The notes under the pieces were generated by a model. That model did no database searches, was not told where the DNA came from, and saw nothing but the letters and a program-made list of their open reading frames with translations. This document shows positions 38,321-50,650 of a DNA stretch of 64,000 nt, in pieces; position 1 is the first letter of the stretch; each line of letters opens with the position of its first letter. Source of the DNA: Camelus dromedarius (Eukaryota); assembly GCF_036321535.1 (NCBI RefSeq), contig NC_087456.1:26970001-27034000 (forward strand), read 5' to 3'. A program made the translations under genes and the position numbers.

Positions 38321-38570
38321 AGAATCTTACACCCCAGTTTCCTCCTGCGTCTGCTGCCTCTAGTCCTCAGGGATGGGACCCACTTGATATCTTACTTGAG
38401 GTCTGTCACTGAAGCCTGATTTCCTGTGAACTTGGAAAATTTGTATGAATGAATTATATGAATAAGTATTGGTTACAGTTGTGGAGAAATTTGCACACAT
38501 GTACTGTAACATTTTCAAAATAAGGACAGCTGCTTAAACATCCGGGGCTTTGAGAGGCAAAACTCTGTAG

Positions 38571-38571
<1 letters not shown>

Positions 38572-38605
<34 letters not shown>
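38572..38605. repeat. (TG)17 microsatellite
   Basis: Perfect TG run. Confidence 0.95.
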
Positions 38606-38606
<1 letters not shown>

Positions 38607-39361
38607 ATGCACATGTGCGTGATGGTGGTAGGGTCAGTGGGAACCAGTGATAATGGCTATTTTCATAGGAAACCAGCACCAAATGAAATCAAGCATTTGC
38701 TTTTTATAAACACTGGCATGCTCGTATCTGAGATTTTTTTAAAGAGGATTTTTTAAATTGCCACTAGGGTAAGGTCAAGTTATTTTAGAATTTCCAAAAA
38801 GAAGTTAATTTTGATCTTTGTCCAGTAATTTAACTCAACAGCTCCTAGTAATTTGTAGCTGATGCTTTTCCCTGTACCTGCCTACACTCCGGAAAGTCTG
38901 CCCAGTGAATTCAAGAGTATTTTTCTCCCTTAGTTTCTGTGATGATTCCTTTCCACAAATGGAGTACTAGAGTTGATTCTGTCCCTTGGATTTCTTTCAG
39001 GACATAACTATTGAGGTTACAACAAAAATATTCAATGCTGAGAGACGGTAGATCATATTCAGTGGCATGGTATCTGAGCCACTTCACTTCATGTGACCGG
39101 CACTTGGGTGACATGTGACCGGAGGCTGGCCCATCCTCAGTGGCCAGACATGCTTCTATCCATGAAAGGCAGGAATAGTGCTAGCCATGGACTGGAACAG
39201 ACCTGTTAGCTTTTGCTTCTACGTTGCATTTCAGAAGCACATATGTATCAAGACTGTCTGTAGAATTTTCCAAAATGTATCATATTTCTCTCAAAGACAC
39301 TTACCTGAAGGATATTGAGAGGTCATATTGTAGTTTATATATGTGCCTTTTAAAAAAACTC

Positions 39362-39670
39362 CCAGATACTATTTACAAACCAAAACAGATTCACAGACAT
39401 AGAAAACAAACTCTGGTTACCAAAGGGGAAAGGGTCGGGGAGGGATAAATTAGGAATTTGAGATTAACAGATACACATTACCATACATAAAATAGATAAA
39501 CAAGGACCTACTGAAGAGCACAGGGAAATATGTTCAATTTCTTATAATAACATATAATGGAAAAGAATTTGAAAATTAAAAAAAAGTACACATGTATATA
39601 TACGTGAATTGCTTTGCTCTACACTAACATCGTAAATCAACTACACTTCTATAAAAACTAAAATTAAAAG
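39362..39670 (+). mobile_element. L1 3'UTR end (slightly older subfamily)
   Basis: TTTACAAACCAAAACAGATTCACAGACATAGAAAACAAACTCTGGTTACCAAAGGGGAAAGG...GCACAGGGAAATATGTTCAAT...AAATCAACTACACTTC plus A-rich tail. Confidence 0.85.
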
Positions 39671-39864
39671 ATTCCGAAATAGCCTACACTAGGTACAGTG
39701 CCCTAGTTGAGCTGAGTGCCAACTTTCTGTTTAATAACTTTCTCTAGCAAAAGAGCTGTTTCAACTACCCCGAAAGATACATTGTCCTTGACCTCTTAAG
39801 GTGGTACATGTTCTTACTGTAGCAGGGACACCACTGATGCCAACTATGCCATTTCTTAAGCCAC

Positions 39865-40108
39865 TGTATAGATAGATGGAGAGACACATTTATATATTAT
39901 GTGTGTATCTAAATATATCCCCAATACATCTATATATATACATATATATCTATCTTGATATATCTACATTTAATGTGTATGTCTATCTGATTACACGTAT
40001 GCATCTATATGTATTGTATAGATATATGGAGAGATGCATTTATATATGTTGTACATATCTATCTAAATCTGTCTATAAATCTATCTACAGTACATCTATG
40101 CAACATAT

Positions 40109-40150
<42 letters not shown>

Positions 40151-40195
40151 GCAATGTGTATGTCTATCTAGTCAAGGTCAATACATTAATATGGA
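39865..40195. repeat. AT-rich decayed two-unit tandem repeat with (TA)n(CA)n microsatellite
   Basis: Units start TGTATAGATA(G/T)ATGGAGAGA at 39865 and 40015; AATGTGTATGTCTATCT is exact at 39972-39988 and 40153-40169. Confidence 0.8.
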
Positions 40196-41107
40196 TAGTT
40201 ATATAGAATGTACTTTATACTCAAACTTCAAGTGACTTCTCCCATCATCCATCGAATTAAATATAAACATATCAATATATATTATAAGGCTTCCCATCCT
40301 CAAACTACCAAACAGTAGTCCTTTTCTGGGACTTGCTCTCTACTCTCACCAAACTCACTGACTCATCGTTTGCATTCCTTTGTTCTCCACTTGGCAGGCT
40401 TCCTCATTTTGTGAGTGAATAAAACATGCCTCTTCCTCAACCTTCTGCTAAGCCTTTTCCTCACTTTTCTCCTAAAGTCTAATCAAAAGGTACTTTGTAT
40501 GAGGGAAAGAAAGAGGAAGGGAGATAAGGAGGGAGGTGGAAACTTCCCTACCATGCCTCCTTCCCCGAGAAATGTCCCCCTTCAACCCAGCATCTGTGAG
40601 CACCATTAATTAGTACTGTTTAGACTTGTCCTTTCTGTGTGTTCTTAAGCATTTGTTTGTACTTCCTCAAAACACCAGGACTAAGACTGAAGCTGAAGAT
40701 ACCAAACAACTCCCCAACTGAATAGGAAAGAAATTAGTTAAACTCCACTTAACTGAATCAGCTGTCTACTTGATAGAATGACTTCTGCTTCTGCTACTTT
40801 GTTAGGGCTTTCCTACAGGACAGCACATCTCTACAGCCTCCATTCCTTAGGTGTTTTCTAAGAATGCTGACACAGGCTCTGTCAATGCCACAGATAGCTA
40901 TCTGGTTGAAAAGTGAAATTTGAGGTCTGCAGCACTGTCTGCAGACTGCCAAACAACTGAATTTACTTAAAAAAAAAAAAAACTTTTAACAAGCAATGTT
41001 TTGATCTGAATTTGCAGGTTGATTGAATTACTGTTATGAAATAACCATCTGATTATTTGTGGAGGGAGGGGGAGTAGAGAAAGAATTTATCTCAGAATAC
41101 TTCATAT

Positions 41108-41136
41108 ATGTGTGTGTGTGTGTGTAGATGTGTGTG

Positions 41137-41173
<37 letters not shown>
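41108..41173. repeat. Compound (TG)n(TA)n microsatellite
   Basis: Visible interrupted TG then TA runs. Confidence 0.9.
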
Positions 41174-41174
<1 letters not shown>

Positions 41175-41806
41175 GTGAAATTTTATATTTGTGTAGCGAA
41201 ATAACAGAATTTCTTCAGTACAGAATATCTTCTATAATCAGTCTATCTCAAATGGTTGTATCACCAAGGGTTTACTCATACATGTACACACACAGGCTAA
41301 AACTTCATATATGAATTCACTGATAGTAAGCAAAAAAAAAAAGCTAAGATATAGTACAGTACAAATTTTCAGGACTTTGTCACATCAAACTTCCATGCGA
41401 GGACTAATTAGCACAGCAGTTTCTTTTTTTTATAATCAACCATTCCTCGAATCCCCCAGACTGTATTCCCTGATGGGTGTGTAGACTTGGGCAGGGTGAT
41501 TTATACCCTTTATAAAATCAAACCAAACAGAGCAACTGGTATACCAGGTCCTTTCATTGTGTAGAAAACAAAAGGAAGAAAGTTACATTCAGTGTGGTTC
41601 CTGCCACCAATCAGCTGGAGCTAGCTAGCAAGAGGGAGCAACAGATATGGCTTTAATGATGTTTCTGTTGAAATCATGGGGAGCAGTGTTTTGTTTAAGT
41701 GTGTTCTGGGAAACACTTGCCAAGTGGGACATTTCACAAGGAATGGATTCTATGGTCAAGCAAGTTTGGAAAACACTGATTACTGTGCCTCTCTCTAGGA
41801 TATTCC

Positions 41807-42289
41807 TTTTTTTAACTTTATTTTTATTTCTTTATTTTGTTGAAGTATCGTTGATTTACAACGTATTAGTTTCTGGTGTACAGCATAGTGATTTCATTTT
41901 GCATATATATTATTTTTCATACCCTTTTTCATTATAGGTTATTAAAAGCTATTGAATATAGTTCCCTGTGCTGTACAGTAGGACCTTGTTGTTTATCTAA
42001 TTTGTATATAGTAGTTTGTATCCACTAATCCCAAACTCCTAATTTATCCCTCTCCCTTTCTTTTCCCTTTGGTAATCATAAATTTGTTTTCTGTATCTGT
42101 GAGTCTGTTTGTTTTGTAAATAAGATCATTTGTGCCATTTTTTTTAGAGTCCATATACAAGTGATATCATATGATATTTGTCTTTCTCTGTCTGACTTAC
42201 TTCACTTAGTATGATAAACTCTGGGCCCATCTGTGTTGCTGCAAACGGCATTATTTCATTCCTTTTTATGGCTCAGTAGTATTTCACTG
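41807..42289 (-). mobile_element. L1 3' end, antisense
   Basis: T-rich start, TTGAAGTATCGTTGATTTACAAC...GAATATAGTTCCCTGTGCTGTACAGTAGGACC...GCAAACGGCATTATTTCATTCC; homologous to 35411-35876. Confidence 0.9.
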
Positions 42290-44774
42290 CACCTATACCA
42301 CAAATATTCTTAATGTACCTTAGCCTACTGTAGGCACTGCAGAGCCTTAGAGTAAAGCAACCTATTTAACTATGATGAAACACTATTTCTCACACACGGA
42401 TGAGCATTAAAAGGTCTTCTCATAATATTCCTTTGGGAAACTTTAGTGTACAGAGTTTTAGTTTGGTCTTGCACTGATCTAACTTATCAATGACAGGAAA
42501 ATATCCAGGGCACTTTCCTTTGCATGGTTAATTAACATAAAGGAAACCACAAAGCTCTTCAAAAATTCCAAGGGAAAGCAATTGTAACAAAGAGCCCCTA
42601 ACATTCCTCAAAAAAAAAAAAAAAAGAGGCAATAAATGACACAGTACAGGATATCTAGTTTTGCCTTAGTTTTTTTTTCCGCTGTCATTACATGGATTTT
42701 TCAGCTGATTCAAACTCTATGCGTTATCAGCTCATCCTATAGAAGCTCCTCTGGCTATTTCATATGAATTTACCAAATTAGGGGAGGCCCTGCTTCACAC
42801 ATTTACACACTGAGATTCTGCACTGAGGACAAATGTGTGCTGCAGTCTAAGTAACAACCCTTTGGGTGCTCTTATTTTGTGTCTTTGGGGTTTTGGGGTT
42901 GTGCTTACTGCCAACACATCTCTGAGATGATATTTTCCTGTGAAAATGGCGTGTGTGTGTGTGTGTGTGTGTAAATCTCTGATATTAATACTACCTGAGA
43001 AATATAAGAAAAGCTAATGCATCAAACCAGTGGTTCTTCGCAAACCTGTATTTTTCCTGTGCTGTGTTGTACCGAGAGATGGCGGGATGAGTGCNNNNNN
43101 NNNNNNNNNNNNNNNNNNNNNNNNNNNNNNNNNNNNNNNNNNNNNNNNNNNNNNNNNNNNNNNNNNNNNNNNNNNNNNNNNNNNNNNNNNNNNNNNNNNN
43201 NNNNNNNNNNNNNNNNNNNNNNNNNNNNNNNNNNCCCCGTCTATGCCCACTGCCTAAATTTAAAGTTCCTTTTCTTGCAGGTGGCTTAATTTATATTTGT
43301 TGATGGCACAATGAATGCAAATAACCACATGGGTGACCTTTAGGAGGCTGTAAGAGCCAAACCAGTTGTGTGACTGACTTGAATTCAGAAAGGGATTTTT
43401 AGCATTTCCACAATTACTTTCTCTAGAGGAAGGAAAATGTTTAATCATCCAGTAGATATTTTAGAATCACAGAGAGAGCTAAGCCGTGGTAAACGATCAA
43501 GTGTTTCACTTCCACACCACCAGGTGAGTGACACAGTGAAAGGGAACTGGGGCAGGAGTTCAGAAGCACTGGGATGGGATACCTGTTCCATCCATTTTAT
43601 CACATTCCTTTATATCCTGGTAGGTCTACACCCATACCCAAAATAAGGAGGTAATCAAGACTGAGTTGTAACCTAATAGGAAGTGATAAATGACAGGAAG
43701 TAATTGTTTTCTCATGATCTGAGAGTTCTTGTTAGAGAATATTCTGTCCAAGAATCTGTCCAAAATGATGCTTTGGCTGTAGCTAAGCATAAAATCAGAC
43801 AAAAAAAAAAAAACTTTTACCACAGATTAGCTCTCTGTATGTTTCCAAAAGACCTCCTAGGTGATTCAACAGTGTCCTTCCTTAGGAAAAGGGTATTTGT
43901 AGAAATGCTAATAATGAAGGAGGACCTTTATCTGGAAGCAACAATGCAGAAGCTCTTCAATTCTAAAATTTTTACTCTGTTTGATCAGTAAATTCCATAA
44001 ATCTATGGATTTGAAACTAATAAAACTTATTTCAAATATTAACAATTTTGCAATAAAAAGGAAATGACTCCTCCGACAGGGGGAATCAGAAAAAATGAAG
44101 ACAACTAAAAATTTTCATTCGTGTTTTGTTCTATCAAAATCTGTGAGATTCACAGTCTATGTAATCCTCTTCTCCCCATAACAGAGGTCACTTCCCCAAC
44201 CCAGCACCTACTTCTTTATTTGAAGGTCAGTTTGACTCCCAGCAAGAGCTCCATCTAACACCTTGGAATCCTGTATAGCCACCAAAATCATTCTGATCAC
44301 CGGCACTCCAGTCCTGAAGAAAGATGTTCCTACTTATTCCACGGTACCCAGTTTTCTGTCTCAGTAACCTACCTTTATCTGCATCTTAATGAAGGGAGCT
44401 TTTGACTTTTTGACAGGTTACATGCTAGAATCTGATCTCTGAAGTCAACCCTCATTGCCTAGCTGTTGGACAGCCACATGGACTTCCCCTGTGCTCTCTA
44501 ATGCCTGCTGCTCTGGGGCTCTGACCATCTCCTGATAGGGTTCCCCCACACTCTGCATTGCTTGCAAAGTAATTCAGTTAATTTAACCATGCCAACTGTT
44601 TTAGCTGGTCTCCTCTGGTGCCTCATTGGTTGGAAACCAAAAAAGAAAACTACTATTAAAGGAAAAGAAATAAAATCCCATATGATAAAATCTGTAAAAA
44701 GAGCTTTGTAACCTATGAGATCAGAAAGTGTATATTACATGGGACCAAAAAAAAAGAACATTAAAACTTGATTG

Positions 44775-46820
44775 GAACTACTGGAAGTCCCTATCTACAT
44801 AATAATGCAAGAAAAAGAAATAAAAGACATACAAATTGGAAAAAAGGAAATAAAATTATTTGTAGACAACATGATTATCTACGTAGCGAATCCTAAGGGA
44901 CCTATTTTTAAAAATCTAGAACTAATAAGCAAAGTTGCAGGATACAAAGTTAACAAAATTAATCATACTTCCATACCCTAGTGATGAACAACTGGAAACT
45001 GAAAATGAAAACAATAACAACATTTAAAATAGCTCCAAAAATGCTCAGGTGTAAGTCTAGTGAAACATATAGGACCACTATGCTAAGAACTACAAGAAGC
45101 TGATAAAAGAAATCAAAGAAAACCTAAATAAACAGAAAGACGTATCATGTTCATGGATTTGAATCCTCAACATAAGGAAGATGTTGATTCCCTCCAAACT
45201 GATCTATAGATTTAAAATCATTCGTATCAAAATACCAGCAAGATTTTTTGTAGATAGAGACCACTTGTTTCTAAAATTATTTGGAAAGGAAAGGATGTAG
45301 ACCAGAAAAAGGAATTTTGAAAAATAAGAACAAAGTTAAAAGAATCACACCGCGGAGTTTTAGACTCACTATATAGCTACAGTTATCAGGACAGAAGGAT
45401 ACTGACAGAGAGACAGATACATCGATTAATGGAAGAGAATAGAGAATCCAGAAACAGACCCACAAAAATATGGTCAATTGATTTTACAAAGACGCAAAGC
45501 CAATTCAGTGGAGAAAACACGGGCCTTTCAACAAATGGCATTAGAACAACTGGATATGTACAGTCAAAAAAATAAACCTCAACCTAAATCTCATAACTGA
45601 CCCAGAAATTAACTCAAAATAGATCATAGATCAAAATGTATTTTTTTTTTTACTTTTTAAAATTGAGATAGTTGATGTACAATATTATATAAGTTACAGG
45701 TGTACAACATAGTGACTCACAATTTTTAAAGGTTATACTCCATTTATAGTTGTTGTAAAATATTGGCTATATTCCCTGTGTTGTGCAATATATCCTTGTA
45801 GCTTATTATTTATACAGAATAGTTTGTAACTCTGATGTGTACAAATGTAAATCTTCTAGGAGAAAATCTTGGTGACCTGCATTTAGGCAAAAAATTCTTA
45901 TTCATGACACTAAAACACATCAAAAAAGAAGAAAAATTATAAACTGACCTTGATCAAAATAAAGAAAAAAAATTGTTCTGCTAAAGACACATTAGGAGAC
46001 TTGGAAGACAAGTTACATACGAGAAGAAAATATTTGCATCTAGCAAAGGACTTGTTTCTAGAATATATGAAAAAAAAATCACTCAAGACTGAATAATACA
46101 AACAAAAACAACCCAGTTAACACATGGACAAAAGACTCGGACAGACCTTTCATCAGAGAGGATATATGGAAGCAAATCAGTGCATGAAAAGATGGTCAAC
46201 ATCATTAACCGTTAGGGAAATGCAAATCCACAATGAGATACCATTGCACCCCTAATAGGATGGATAAGATGAAAGCATTGATGACATCACTTGCAGGTGA
46301 GGATGTGGAGCAATTAGAGCCCTCACACACTGATGGTGAAAGGGTGCGGCCACGCTGGAAGGGAGTTCGGCAGTTTCTTATGTAGTTACACCACGTATTT
46401 GCCCACTAATCCCACTCCTGTGATTACCCTAGAGAACTGAAAACACGTGCACAAAAAAATCTCCACGTGACTGTTTATAGAAACTCTATTCATAGCTACA
46501 AAAAGTAGTGGGAAACAACCGAAGCATCCTTCAACAAGTGAATGGATAAACAAATTGTCATATATCCATACAACGGAATACTCTTTTAGCAATAAAACAA
46601 ACTACTGATACATGCAAATACTCGGACGACTCTCAGAGGCATTAGGTTGACAAAAAGAAGCTAGTCTCAAAAAAAAATTCGTAATAGTGTATGATTTCTG
46701 TGACATTCTTGATAAGATGCAGCTGTAATGACAGAGAACAAATCAGTGACTGTTTGACATTAGGGTATGATTACAGACAGTACATGAGAGTTTGGGGGGC
46801 TGGATGGAAATGTTCTGTAA
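44775..46820 (+). mobile_element. Old L1M ORF2 (RT to C-terminus) and 3'UTR; its tail resumes at ~47230-47345
   Basis: ORF 44772-44981 LLEVPIYIIMQEKEIKDIQIGKKEIKLFVDNMIIYVANP...SKVAGYKVN aligns to L1 RT ([36 protein letters not shown]..NP...SKVAGYKIN), with the catalytic FADD decayed to FVDN. Confidence 0.9.
45641..45832 (-). mobile_element. L1 3' end nested antisense inside the older L1M
   Basis: PolyT, AATTGAGATAGTTGATGTACAATATTATATAAGTTACAGGTGTACAAC...GGCTATATTCCCTGTGTTG; AAATGTA occurs on both sides (possible short TSD). Confidence 0.85.
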
Positions 46821-46959
46821 CACAAAAAGTAAACTCATTCCCCCACAAAATGGATCATGAGTTACAGGATCACATCCAGACAGAAAGTGCAGAAACGCTT
46901 GTGTTAGGTAACTAGGTAGAGATAAGTATGCGCCTGGGCCTCTAGGATGCACAGATTAG

Positions 46960-47115
46960 ATTTTTTAAATTGTTTATTTTGAAATAATTATAGACCCCAA
47001 ATAAACTGCAAAAACAATACAGAGCGGTCCCATGTACCCTTCCTCCAGTTTTCCCCAGGTAACCTCTGACATAACTACAGCACGTTATTAACATCAGGAA
47101 ATTGACGTTGGCATA
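46960..47115 (-). mobile_element. L1MC/L1MD-type extreme 3' fragment
   Basis: TTTATTTTGAAATAATTATAGAC...CAAAAACAATACAGAG..GTCCCATGTACCCTTC...CAGGAAATTGACGTTGG. Confidence 0.65.
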
Positions 47116-47781
47116 TCTAAGCAGGCCACAGAAAGAAACCCAAGGACAACACCTTTGAGGAATGGCAGGATGTAATCATACAGAGAGTCAAAGAGAACTT
47201 TCAGGGAAGTAAAGGGAACTTGTGCTGCCCTATGTCCTGATTGTATTGGTGGTTACACAAATCTCTTTATGTGTTAAAATTCATAAAATTACCAGAAAAG
47301 GGTCACTTTTTACTGTATGTTTAGTAAAAACAAAAAAATTAAAAAGCCATTGCAATGTAATTTCATGTTAAAAGAGATAAGTATATATTTGCTATTTAGT
47401 GTATTTTTATGATATAATCTCTGCTTACAGAAGGATAGCCTTCTAACTCTTTTAAAATGTGAAACTGAGTAATTGATTTAGACTTGTGAATACAAAAGGA
47501 AAACTTATTAATGTACTATTTGGGAATATCTAAGAAAATGTTGGGCTCACCATACATATATGTGTATCTCTTAAATATATAAAAGTTATTTAATTTGGGG
47601 GGAAATTTTATTTGTTAATTCAGATACAAGTAAGCAAATTATTCTATTTATTTTTAATTTTAAATATTTTAATTATTCAAATTTTTTTAAAAATTTTTAA
47701 CAGAGAACAAATCAGTGAATATTTGACATTAGGGTTGAAGGGAGGGTATGAATACAGACAGATAGTACATGAGAGTTTGGG

Positions 47782-47869
47782 TTTATTTATTTATAATGGA
47801 GGTACTGAGGATTGAACCCAGGATCTCATGCATGCTAAGCAGTTACTCTACCACTGAGCTATACCCTCC
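47782..47869 (-). mobile_element. tRNA-Ala-derived SINE (Vic-1-like), antisense
   Basis: Reverse complement GGAGGGTATAGCTCAGTGGTAGAG...CTTAGCATGCATGAGATCCTGGGTTCAATCCTCAGTACCTCCATTATAAATAAATAAA with A and B boxes. Confidence 0.93.
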
Positions 47870-48235
47870 GTCAAGTGAATTATTTTAAAATAAAACTAAG
47901 ATAAATACACTCATAATCTATTTAAGTGCTTGAAGGCATTCAATTAAGTCTGTAGAAGGGAATGAACATTTTTGAAAAACTTCTAAGTAATTAATTAAAG
48001 TCTGCAGATTTAAAAATAACAGTATGTGTAAGCTGATCTTATAAGCTCAAGGAAAACTGGAGTTTTGAATTTGTAATTTTGATATATTGAAGACAGTCAA
48101 ATGTTACCAGAAAGATAGAGAGTGGAGAGACTCAGTGAGTTTCACTTACAGAAAGAGTAATCTATGAAGGAAAAAAGTTCATTAAGTAACATTCACAAAC
48201 TGTGATTTTTCAGAATATTATTATTATTTAAGGGA

Positions 48236-48432
48236 CGTTGACCCTCGAACAACATGGGTTTGAACTGCACAGGTCCACTTACACATTCATTTTTTTTTTT
48301 CAATAAATACATAGTTTACTACATGATCCTTGTTTGGGTGAATCTGCATGTATAGAACTGAGCATCCATGGATTTTGTTACCCATGGTGAGCACTGAAGT
48401 CAACTCCTTGCGGATGAGGAGGGGGCCAACTG
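48236..48432. mobile_element. TcMar-Tigger non-autonomous DNA transposon (Tigger2/MER2-group-like)
   Basis: GTTGACCCTCGAACAACATGGGTTTGAACTGCACAGGTCCACTTA start; ends ...CCTTGCGGATGAGGAGGGGGCCAACTG. Confidence 0.75.
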
Positions 48433-48559
48433 CAATTTTTTTCCCCCAAGCAAAGATTAAAGCAAACAAATTTCATGGTTCTTGCTCTGCAAGCAGAGAA
48501 AAAATACAGTCCAAACTAGATATCCTAATAATATTTCGTGAGTTAGGAAGATCACTTGA

Positions 48560-48740
48560 CTAGGAACTGGAAAATACGAATTGCAGGCTTGGTTTCTCCT
48601 AAGAAAGTATATACATCTTTTCTGATCTGCAGCCACATTTAAATGGGAATAATAATTGCTCCTTTGCCTGTGTCACAGAATTTTATGAAGATCAAAGAGA
48701 TAATAAATGTGAATTTTGAAAAGTGTAAATCACTATATAC
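48560..48740 (+). mobile_element. MIR fragment
   Basis: TAAATGGGAATAATAATTGCTCCTTTGCC...TTTATGAAGATCAAAGAGATAATAAATGTG. Confidence 0.55.
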
Positions 48741-49159
48741 ATAAGGTATTATTATCATATTTAACTGATGCAAATGAAGAGCTCCAAAGGAGTATTAATT
48801 CTATTTGAATACATTTCATTGTGAAAAGACAGGACTTGATTTTATGTGACCATATTTGTGCTTTTGATTATCTCTTTCCAGTCTAGCTCAAAAGAAATCA
48901 TTTTCTTATTCTTTTGCTTGCAGTCTGTTTCTCCTCCTGCCCTCTCATGCTCACCTATTGCCAAAGGTTCTCCCCCATCTCCAACATAGAAGATAACTCC
49001 TGTAATAAAGAAAATAATCTTACCTCACTAACATCCCTCTTTACCAAAAATGTAATTGGGGGTTAGGGGGTTATATCCAGAAAGTGCAGAAATAATCGTA
49101 TTAACATGTACATATGAACTATTGATATTGTGGCCTGATTTTTGAAAATCTTATATACA

Positions 49160-49300
49160 TTTTTAAATTTAGAAACAACTCTAGACTCAAAAGAAGTTGC
49201 AAAACAATACAGAGAGCTCTTGCATACTCATCACCTAGCTTGCCCCCAATGGTAACATCTATGATCATAGCATATTTTCAATAGCAAGAAATTGGCTTTC
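49160..49300 (-). mobile_element. L1MC/L1MD-type extreme 3' fragment
   Basis: AGACTCAAAAGAAGTTGCAAAACAATACAGAGAG...CCCCCAATGGTAACATC...AAGAAATTGGC; same segment as 46960-47115. Confidence 0.65.
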
Positions 49301-50219
49301 GAACAATTAACCAGGCTCCAGAAGGAAAGCTAGACATAAATTTGAGGAGTGGCAGGGAATTAAAGAGAACTTTGAGAAAAAGAAGAGTCAGTGGTCTTCA
49401 AAGAGCCCTGAGCAAGTGGAAGGAGTGGGAATAGGGTCTGTGAGAAAAGAGGAGACAGTGTTCACAGGCCAAGTGTGGAAAGAAGGCATTTGAGGTTCAA
49501 AAAGATGTTTCTTTCAGTCTCCCAGTGACTTTTGATGACAGAAGAACCACCATTAGGTTTACACCAGAGGTTTCCATGAGGAGCGAAGAAGAATGGTTAA
49601 AATGTATGCTGTACATGAGAGTTTGTCAAATTGAGCTGAATCATATTAAAACATTTTTAACGAACAACTTGTCTCATTTTCACATGGTTGCTACTCCCAG
49701 TGGTGTCTAGCCAACCCGCTGAAGTGTCTGGACAACCCAAGGCCGGAGCAAACACCGTGGGTGCCGATACATGAGGAGGTTTACAGGATTCTCATATGAA
49801 GGATTCTCATATGAAGAGCTCATCCTTAGGAAGAGAAATCCCTAATCCTTCTGGCAGGTGGCGAAGTAAAACCTCTCTTCTGGAGTAACATTTTCTGTTT
49901 GCCAACAGCCAGGAGCCCATTTTTCTTATAACTTCAGTGAGAATTCTCAAAAGCAGCCTAGGTTAAATTTTATTGCCAGACATCACTCACACCCAAAATC
50001 TATGAAAAGCAAAAACACTTTCGGTATTCCAGTACAATAAAGGGATTTAATTTTTACTTCTCTTATTCTCTTTGGTCTAGACAGAATCATTCATCCAGTT
50101 GATAAACAACTTCAAAATTCCTTTGCTCTCCTTGGAGTCATTCTCCGCAGGAGTCATACAGAGAGTTGGAGGAAAGCCTAAAGTGTGTCTTTGATATGCT
50201 TTACGTGATCCTTGCATGT

Positions 50220-50650
50220 TGACCTTGTTTATATTTTCAGAAGCCATGTGTAGAATTGTGGATTAAGTCAATAATATAATCCAATCGTCAATAAGATACA
50301 AACTTGTTGTTTATTAATACATGATTAAAAATGTATATGATAAAAAGATATCGACTGTAGCCGAGCGTGTGGGTGACAAGAACAATTACGATTCCAACTC
50401 CTAATCACTATGTGAGCTGCATGCCCCAGCAAAAGTCAATAATCTGTTTAAAAGTCACAATGCATCCTTTTCCTCTTCTTCTATTTACATGAAAAGTCGG
50501 GCAGTGGGACTTGCTATCTTTTATTTTATATCTGGGTTTACTTTTGTAACTCTAATTCACTGAAGAAATGTTTATTACACAACCGCCCTGCCTCTGGCCC
50601 CCACATTCAGCTCTGATGATACAGAAAAAACAAACAAACAAACAAAACAC
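50220..50650. promoter_or_regulatory. Candidate forkhead-site-rich enhancer
   Basis: GTCAATA (= TATTGAC) at 50267, 50287 and 50435; TGTTTAT at 50226, 50308 and 50569; CpGs retained; no repeat recognised. Confidence 0.45.

Noticed and set aside
41684-41778. 95-bp segment bounded by inverted CAGTGTTTT/AAAACACTG (MITE-like)
   Set aside because: Probably a remnant of an ordinary hAT-Charlie MER element; no TSD found, so not reported as a feature.
44150-44635. Possible old LTR (also 40290-40430 and 37160-37480)
   Set aside because: LTR-like composition, but I could not identify termini, TSDs or family with confidence.
6470-46820. Strand bias of large old L1s (mostly +) as evidence for an intronic location in a minus-strand transcript
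   Set aside because: MaLR LTRs and young L1 ends show mixed or opposite orientation, and the sample is too small.
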